Shown one piece after another: positions 59,092-64,000 of a DNA stretch of 64,000 nucleotides. The position numbers were made by a program, and so were the translations under genes. A model generated the notes under the pieces. The model saw only the letters and a program-made list of their open reading frames with translations. It searched no databases and was not told the origin of the DNA. Every line of letters begins with the position of its first letter. Within the stretch, counting starts at the first letter, position 1. The stretch lies in assembly GCA_964633905.1 (NCBI GenBank), contig CAZWIT010000001.1, positions 65,535 through 129,534 of the forward strand, in the 5' to 3' direction. This stretch comes from an uncultured Gammaproteobacteria bacterium (GTDB lineage: Bacteria; Patescibacteriota; Patescibacteriia; UBA1558; GWA2-36-10).

Positions 59092-59331
59092 CTTAACCCT
59101 CCTTGGTTTTTTGCCACTTCAATTGTCCTTAAAGAGCTTATATATTATATCATATATATTGATTATTGTCAAATATAATATATTAATCTTTTATAGCATT
59201 GACCCGCCTATGCTAAAGCTTCGGCGGGCGAGATGTGGTTTTTAAGAATAAATAGAAGTAGAGATGAGGTGTATTTTCTTATTAATGATTAGTTCTATTA
59301 ACCTTGACAATTAGCTTATTTTTTGTTAACA

Positions 59332-59392
59332 TTTACCCCGTTAAATGCCGCGTGCGGCAATCGCGTTAAACGCGATTATTTAACGGGGTGAA
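59332..59392. mobile_element. 61-bp MITE/REP-like element with TTTACCCCGTTAAAT termini and two internal hairpins
   Basis: TTTACCCCGTTAAAT-GCCGCGTGCGGC-AATCGCGTTAAACGCGATT-ATTTAACGGGGTGAA. Confidence 0.75.
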
Positions 59393-59420
59393 CCCCGTAT
59401 TTATAAATTATTATATTATT

Positions 59421-59738
59421 ATGTTAGCAGTAATAAAAACTGGTGGTAAACAATACCCAGTCAAAGTTGGCGACAAATTATCAGTCGAAAAATTAGCAGT
59501 TACTGAAAATGGTGCTAAAGTTATTTTTGATGAAGTTTTACTTGTGATTGATGATAAAGATCAGGTAACTGTTGGTAAACCATTACTTGATAAAGTTAAA
59601 GTAGAAGCTAGTTTAGTTAAAAACTATAAAACTAAAAAAGTGGATGTCTTAAAATATAAAAATAAGACTCGTTATCGTAAACGTTTTGGACATCGTCAGC
59701 AACAAGCTGAAGTCAAAATTGAAAAAATTATCTTATAA
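59421..59738 (+). CDS. rplU: 50S ribosomal protein L21
   Basis: MLAVIKTGGKQY, GHRQ. Confidence 0.97.
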   Translation: MLAVIKTGGKQYPVKVGDKLSVEKLAVTENGAKVIFDEVLLVIDDKDQVTVGKPLLDKVKVEASLVKNYKTKKVDVLKYKNKTRYRKRFGHRQQQAEVKIEKIIL

Positions 59739-59786
59739 TAAAAAAGCCGTCCATTCGACTATGCTCAGGACGGTTTTTTTATTTGT

Positions 59787-60383
59787 TTATAATTCTTTTC
59801 TATTCTGTAGAGCGGAACTTAAGGTAGCCTCATCGGTGTATTCAATATTTGCCCCCATAGGTATACCACGGGCTAGTTGGCTAATTTTGATGGGATATTT
59901 TTTAAGGAGCTTGCTCAAGTATAAAGTAGTAGCTTCTCCTTCTAGGCTTTGATCTAAAGCTAAAATTATTTCTTGGATATTATTTTTACTTAAACGAATT
60001 TCTAATTCTTTGATTTTGAGTTTATCAGGGGTTACTCCTTCTAAAGGGCTTAAGTAGCCGCTAAGTAAGTGGTAGGTGCCATTAAATTCTCCAGTTTTTT
60101 CAATAGCTTCTACATCCTGATTATGAGCTACAATACAAATTAGATTTTGATTCCTTTTAGGATCAGCGCAGATATTGCACAAACCTTGATCGCTTAGATT
60201 AAAGCATTGAGGGCAAAAACTGACTTGTGAATAGGCATCATCTAGAGCTCGAGCTAATTCTTTCATATCGGCTTTGCGGTGCAATAAATCAAAAGCTAGC
60301 CGGGTGGAAGTTTTAGGTCCAATACCCGGCAGTTTATCAAATTCGTTTATTATTTTTTGGATAAAGTCTGGTAAGTAAGCCAC
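59787..60383 (-). CDS. recR: Recombination mediator RecR
   Basis: LPGIGPK, CPQC..CNIC, EGEAT, LARGIPMG. Confidence 0.97.
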   Translation of the reverse strand: MAYLPDFIQKIINEFDKLPGIGPKTSTRLAFDLLHRKADMKELARALDDAYSQVSFCPQCFNLSDQGLCNICADPKRNQNLICIVAHNQDVEAIEKTGEFNGTYHLLSGYLSPLEGVTPDKLKIKELEIRLSKNNIQEIILALDQSLEGEATTLYLSKLLKKYPIKISQLARGIPMGANIEYTDEATLSSALQNRKEL

Positions 60384-60394
60384 TTGCTTATAGA

Positions 60395-60688
60395 TTATTT
60401 TAAGCCAGACAAATCAAAGCCACCGTTTTGTTGCATAACAGTAGCCATTTTTCTCTGGATTTTTTTAATGCATTCAGCCAAGCCATCTTTGATAGCTTTT
60501 TCTAATTCAGCTTTTTTGTCAGGTGATAAAAATTCTTTTTTAATATCAATAGATTTTAATTCTTGATTGCCATCCATGACAATTTTGACAGCACTATTTT
60601 CGACTTCGACTATTTCTTTAGCTAAAATTGATTTTAAATCATTTGCTTGTTTGCGTAAGTCGTTAAATTGTTTTAATTTGTTGAACAT
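60395..60688 (-). CDS. ybaB: YbaB/EbfC nucleoid-associated protein
   Basis: VKIVMDGNQE..IDI; adjacent to recR. Confidence 0.85.
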   Translation of the reverse strand: MFNKLKQFNDLRKQANDLKSILAKEIVEVENSAVKIVMDGNQELKSIDIKKEFLSPDKKAELEKAIKDGLAECIKKIQRKMATVMQQNGGFDLSGLK

Positions 60689-60711
60689 ATTTTTATTAAT
60701 TATCCTTTCTT

Positions 60712-60813
60712 GTCATTCCCGTTCCGTATCAAGTACGGGATAAACTCCAGCGGGAATCTAAATTTTTATTTTTTAATTATTTTTTTGGGATCCAGCATCA
60801 AGTGCGGGATGAC
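60712..60813. repeat. GTCATTCCCG REP-like doublet with a nested hairpin insertion
   Basis: Same ends as 48762..48844; extra CCGTATCAAGTACGG hairpin inside the left arm. Confidence 0.85.
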
Positions 60814-60820
60814 AGCGGGA

Positions 60821-62275
60821 CTAAGGGATATTTTGCCAGCCTAAGGTGGTTGGTAATTCTTCGCTACTTAAAGTTAAATCTATTTCACCGTGATTGGCTG
60901 GAGGCGGAGGAGTGTTTTGATTTTGTCCTTCACGCTCAGTATCTAAATTTTTGAAGCTGACTTTGTTTTCATCAAAGAATAAACGGACAACGCCAGTAGG
61001 GCCATTACGGTGTTTATCAACATGAATTTCGGCTAAATGTTTTTCTTCTTCTGGGCAGTCACCTCTAGTTTTATCTTTGGCGCGTCTATAAATAAACATT
61101 ACCACATCGGCATCTTGCTCAATTGATCCAGATTCACGTAAATCAGCCAGTTTTGGTATAGCCGGGGATCTATTCTCAACAGCACGGGATAGCTGAGAAA
61201 GCGCAAGTACAGGAATATCAAGTTCTCTAGCAATTTGTTTTAAGGCTCTGGAAATTTCTGATATTTCTTGCACTCTATTTTCTTGACGACCACCGCCATC
61301 CATTAATTGTAAATAGTCAACCACTAAAAAGCCAAGATTGTGTTCCATTTTTAAGCGTCTAGCTTTAGTGCGGATTTCCATGATATTAGCATTAGCAGAA
61401 TCATCTATAAAAATTGGTGCTTCTGAAAGTACCCCCATAGCCCTACCAATGCGAGGGAAGTCGTCGTCATCTTCTTTATCAGATAGTCTGCCGGTGCGCA
61501 TTTTCCATAAATCAACTTGAGCTTCTGAAGCAAGCAAACGATCGACTAGCTGTTCTTTTGACATTTCTAAAGAAAAGATGCCGACCGCTACTTTGGAATT
61601 TACGGCAATATGTCTTACCATATCTAGGGCAAAGGTGGTTTTACCCAAAGAAGGTCGAGCAGCTAAAATTACTAGATCGGAATTTTGTAAACCAGATAAA
61701 AGTTTGTCTAAAGCTGTGTAACCAGTGGGAATACCACGGGTACCTAAGCCACCCATTTTGTGTAGTTCGTCAATACGAGTAAAGGCTTCGCCCAAGACGG
61801 TTTTAATAGGTATAAAATTCTTTTTCAAAGATTCTTGAGAAATGGAAAATAGCTTTTGTTCGGCTCTATCTAATAGTTTTTCTACATCTTCAGATTCACT
61901 AAAGCTAAATTCGCTAATTTCTGAAGCAGCTTGTTCTAATTTTCTTAAAGTAGATTTTTTGCGAATAATATTAGCATAGGTCAAGACATGAGAAGCATTG
62001 GGCACAGCTGCAGTTAGATCAGCTAAGTAGGCTTTGCCACCAACCATTTCTAATTGTTTTTTTTCATTTAAGCGATTAGCTAGAGATAAAATATCAATTG
62101 GCTCGTGTTTTTCAAACAAATCTAAGATAGTTTGGTAAATAATACCATTAATATCTTTGTAGAAATCGCTAGGTTTTAAAGTATCACCAATTTTAATAAC
62201 AGCATCTTTATCGATGAGTAGAGCGCCTAAGATACTAGCCTCGGCTTCTAAATTTTGGGGAGGAATTTTTGGCAT
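60821..62275 (-). CDS. dnaB: Replicative DNA helicase
   Basis: AARPSLGKT, FSLEM, VDYLQL, LSQLSR, LRESGSIEQDAD, KHRNG. Confidence 0.98.
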   Translation of the reverse strand: MPKIPPQNLEAEASILGALLIDKDAVIKIGDTLKPSDFYKDINGIIYQTILDLFEKHEPIDILSLANRLNEKKQLEMVGGKAYLADLTAAVPNASHVLTYANIIRKKSTLRKLEQAASEISEFSFSESEDVEKLLDRAEQKLFSISQESLKKNFIPIKTVLGEAFTRIDELHKMGGLGTRGIPTGYTALDKLLSGLQNSDLVILAARPSLGKTTFALDMVRHIAVNSKVAVGIFSLEMSKEQLVDRLLASEAQVDLWKMRTGRLSDKEDDDDFPRIGRAMGVLSEAPIFIDDSANANIMEIRTKARRLKMEHNLGFLVVDYLQLMDGGGRQENRVQEISEISRALKQIARELDIPVLALSQLSRAVENRSPAIPKLADLRESGSIEQDADVVMFIYRRAKDKTRGDCPEEEKHLAEIHVDKHRNGPTGVVRLFFDENKVSFKNLDTEREGQNQNTPPPPANHGEIDLTLSSEELPTTLGWQNIP

Positions 62276-62429
62276 GGGAAATATTGTAGTCTTAGCTTAA
62301 CCTATTTTGTTTATTTTTTCAAGCTAAAATATAGACAGTTTATACTCATTTTAAATACAGCTTAAATAAATTTACCTTGACAATTGTCAAAAAATAATTT
62401 ATAATATTTCCGTATTTTTTAATTTTTTT

Positions 62430-62496
62430 GCGCCTAAGCTTAAGTCGGTAGATCCGCCAGCTGGCGGACTATTAAGCAAACGGTCGTAGGCGTGCA
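62430..62496 (+). pseudogene. Degenerate partial duplicate of tRNA-Lys with a palindrome insertion
   Basis: Shares GCGCCTA, AGTCGGTAGA and 19-nt TTAAGCAAACGGTCGTAGG with the intact tRNA; lacks the T loop. Confidence 0.75.
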
Positions 62497-62527
62497 TTGA
62501 ACATCAAAATTTATACTTTATTTATAT

Positions 62528-62603
62528 GCGCCTATAGCTCAGTCGGTAGAGCAGTTGCCTTTTAAGCAAACGGTCGTAGGTTCGATTCCTACTGGGCGCA
62601 CCA
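62528..62603 (+). tRNA. tRNA-Lys(TTT)
   Basis: Cloverleaf, loop CTTTTAA, encoded CCA. Confidence 0.95.
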
Positions 62604-62731
62604 TTCTTACAGCTTCATGGCTGTTTTTTTATTTATTAAAAATCCTTGACTAAGTATCTTTTTTATTTTATAGTATTTACCTATTTTGTTCCCCCCAGAA
62701 AGTAAAACCCAAAACGAAGGAGCGGATTGCT

Positions 62732-63118
62732 ATGCCAACTGACCTGCTGGATATTTTTCATATTATTAGTAACGGTTGTAAAGTAAAAGTTACTGAAGAA
62801 AAGACTAAAGAGATTAGGAAAAAAATTCGCACACTGGATGATCCAGAACAAATCAGGTCTTGCCTGCGTATTCTCTTGAGCTATTATCCAGAAGAAAGTT
62901 TGATCGAATTTTGTTTGGATAGCTTGTTTATGAATGCTCGTCCTAATTACTTGAGTGGTCCTAAGCATGATATTTGGATCAGAGAAGTGTGTAAATTAGC
63001 TGAAGCCATCAAAGATCTTCGTGTCCCATATTGGGAATTTGTTATGTATAGAAAGGTTAATTTCTATTGTCCGCAATTGGTAGATAAAATCTGGAAAGAT
63101 GGGGTGCCTGCTGGTTAG
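62732..63118 (+). CDS. Hypothetical protein (SD-led orphan)
   Basis: AAGGAG before ATG; terminator hairpin at about 63136-63166. Confidence 0.65.
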   Translation: MPTDLLDIFHIISNGCKVKVTEEKTKEIRKKIRTLDDPEQIRSCLRILLSYYPEESLIEFCLDSLFMNARPNYLSGPKHDIWIREVCKLAEAIKDLRVPYWEFVMYRKVNFYCPQLVDKIWKDGVPAG

Positions 63119-63253
63119 TAGCGCCTAAGGATATGACCCTGTTGTGTTTGAAGCGACAGGGTTTTTATTTGCCTAATTTTTTTTTAGCTTTAAAATTATG
63201 GCGAGTCTTTGTTTCTTTGTCAGCACATCTCTAGACAAGCAGGAGGTTGATCA

Positions 63254-63850
63254 ATGTTTTCCAGTGAAGTACTCAACACCAAGTGGTTGTTTACAAATAT
63301 TTTTGAGTGTTTGCAAATCAAGTTTGATGCACAAGAGATTAGCCTAGATAGGCCGATTCGGGCAGTTATTACTGCTAATAACACAGAACAAAGGCTTGAA
63401 AATCAACGTATGCAATATAATCGTTTTTTGTATCTACGTTTGGCTAAAAAAATATGGATTTTGTGTTTGGGTGCTAATGAAACCGATGATGGTGTTAATT
63501 ATATAGCAGATTTATCTGCTTTGCGTATTTTTGATACCAAATTGCAAGCTATGGAAACTATTGCTGAAATTAAGGCTAGACTTAGGTCTAGTCGCACTTT
63601 TCATTATTCCTTGCTTTGTGCTCGGGCTAGTAATGATTTACTTTTTCCTTTAGAAAGTATGCATTATGAAATGATGCAGGTTTTTTCTGATGTTGATCCA
63701 AATATTTTTTGGGTAGAAGCTCGTCATCGTGATCTTAGTTTTGGTGATAATCAATTTCGTGATCCTCATTTACAAGCTGGTTTTTATAAAGAAAATGCTT
63801 TGACACATTTTGTCAATTTAATGGCTAATGTTTTGGTAACGCCTGACTAA
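63254..63850 (+). CDS. Hypothetical protein (SD-led orphan)
   Basis: AGGAGGT before ATG; terminator AAAGTCTAGCC-ACTCT-GGCTAGACTTTTT. Confidence 0.7.
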   Translation: MFSSEVLNTKWLFTNIFECLQIKFDAQEISLDRPIRAVITANNTEQRLENQRMQYNRFLYLRLAKKIWILCLGANETDDGVNYIADLSALRIFDTKLQAMETIAEIKARLRSSRTFHYSLLCARASNDLLFPLESMHYEMMQVFSDVDPNIFWVEARHRDLSFGDNQFRDPHLQAGFYKENALTHFVNLMANVLVTPD

Positions 63851-64000
63851 ATTTTGTGTAGAGATAAAATTTTGATAAAGTCTAGCCACTCTGGCTAGAC
63901 TTTTTATTTAAAATAAGCATTGACTTTGTTTATTTTTTATGTTATAAAATTTTATGCATTTTATCAGTCCCTTTCACTTGTTGGTCAAGCAAAACACGGA

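Overview
AT-rich (roughly 30-33% GC by eye) bacterial chromosome segment using genetic code 11. It is most likely from a CPR/Patescibacteria organism (inference: core genes lack Shine-Dalgarno sites, ribosomal clusters are broken up as rpsB-tsf, rplJ-rplL and a lone rplU, and the dcw cluster is minimal). The housekeeping backbone is rpsB, tsf, gap, cysS, trpS, pgk, eno, two gpmI, uppP, mltG, rplJL, mraZ-rsmH-ftsL-ftsI-murF, rplU, recR-ybaB-dnaB and four canonical tRNAs. The accessory regions are: (1) a Trp-themed locus at 5.3-14.3 kb with an atypical tRNA-Arg, two TrpRS, a non-canonical T-box over a PTPase and a TrpD-like gene, tRNA-Trp and a TrpRS-PLP decarboxylase operon; (2) a 14.4-26.1 kb cluster with four 7TM sensor-domain paralogs (only one has a kinase), a lipase-like hydrolase, an acyl-CoA ligase and an alpha-oxoamine synthase, which is the best candidate for an undescribed fatty-acid-derived signalling or lipid system; (3) an Rhs region at 26.3-38.4 kb with a secreted mini-Rhs-CHAP, a direct-repeat-flanked NUDIX-MTase-CYTH-HAD fusion and a 2056-aa SpvB/FG-GAP/Rhs toxin with candidate immunity genes; (4) GIY-YIG genes tied to small palindromic repeat families; (5) a class of orphan genes with strong SD sites, some very GC-rich. 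Two ORFs in the supplied track (44930..45361 and 48873..50957) have the wrong strand label and are on the minus strand. All assignments come from motif recognition by eye; no searches were run.
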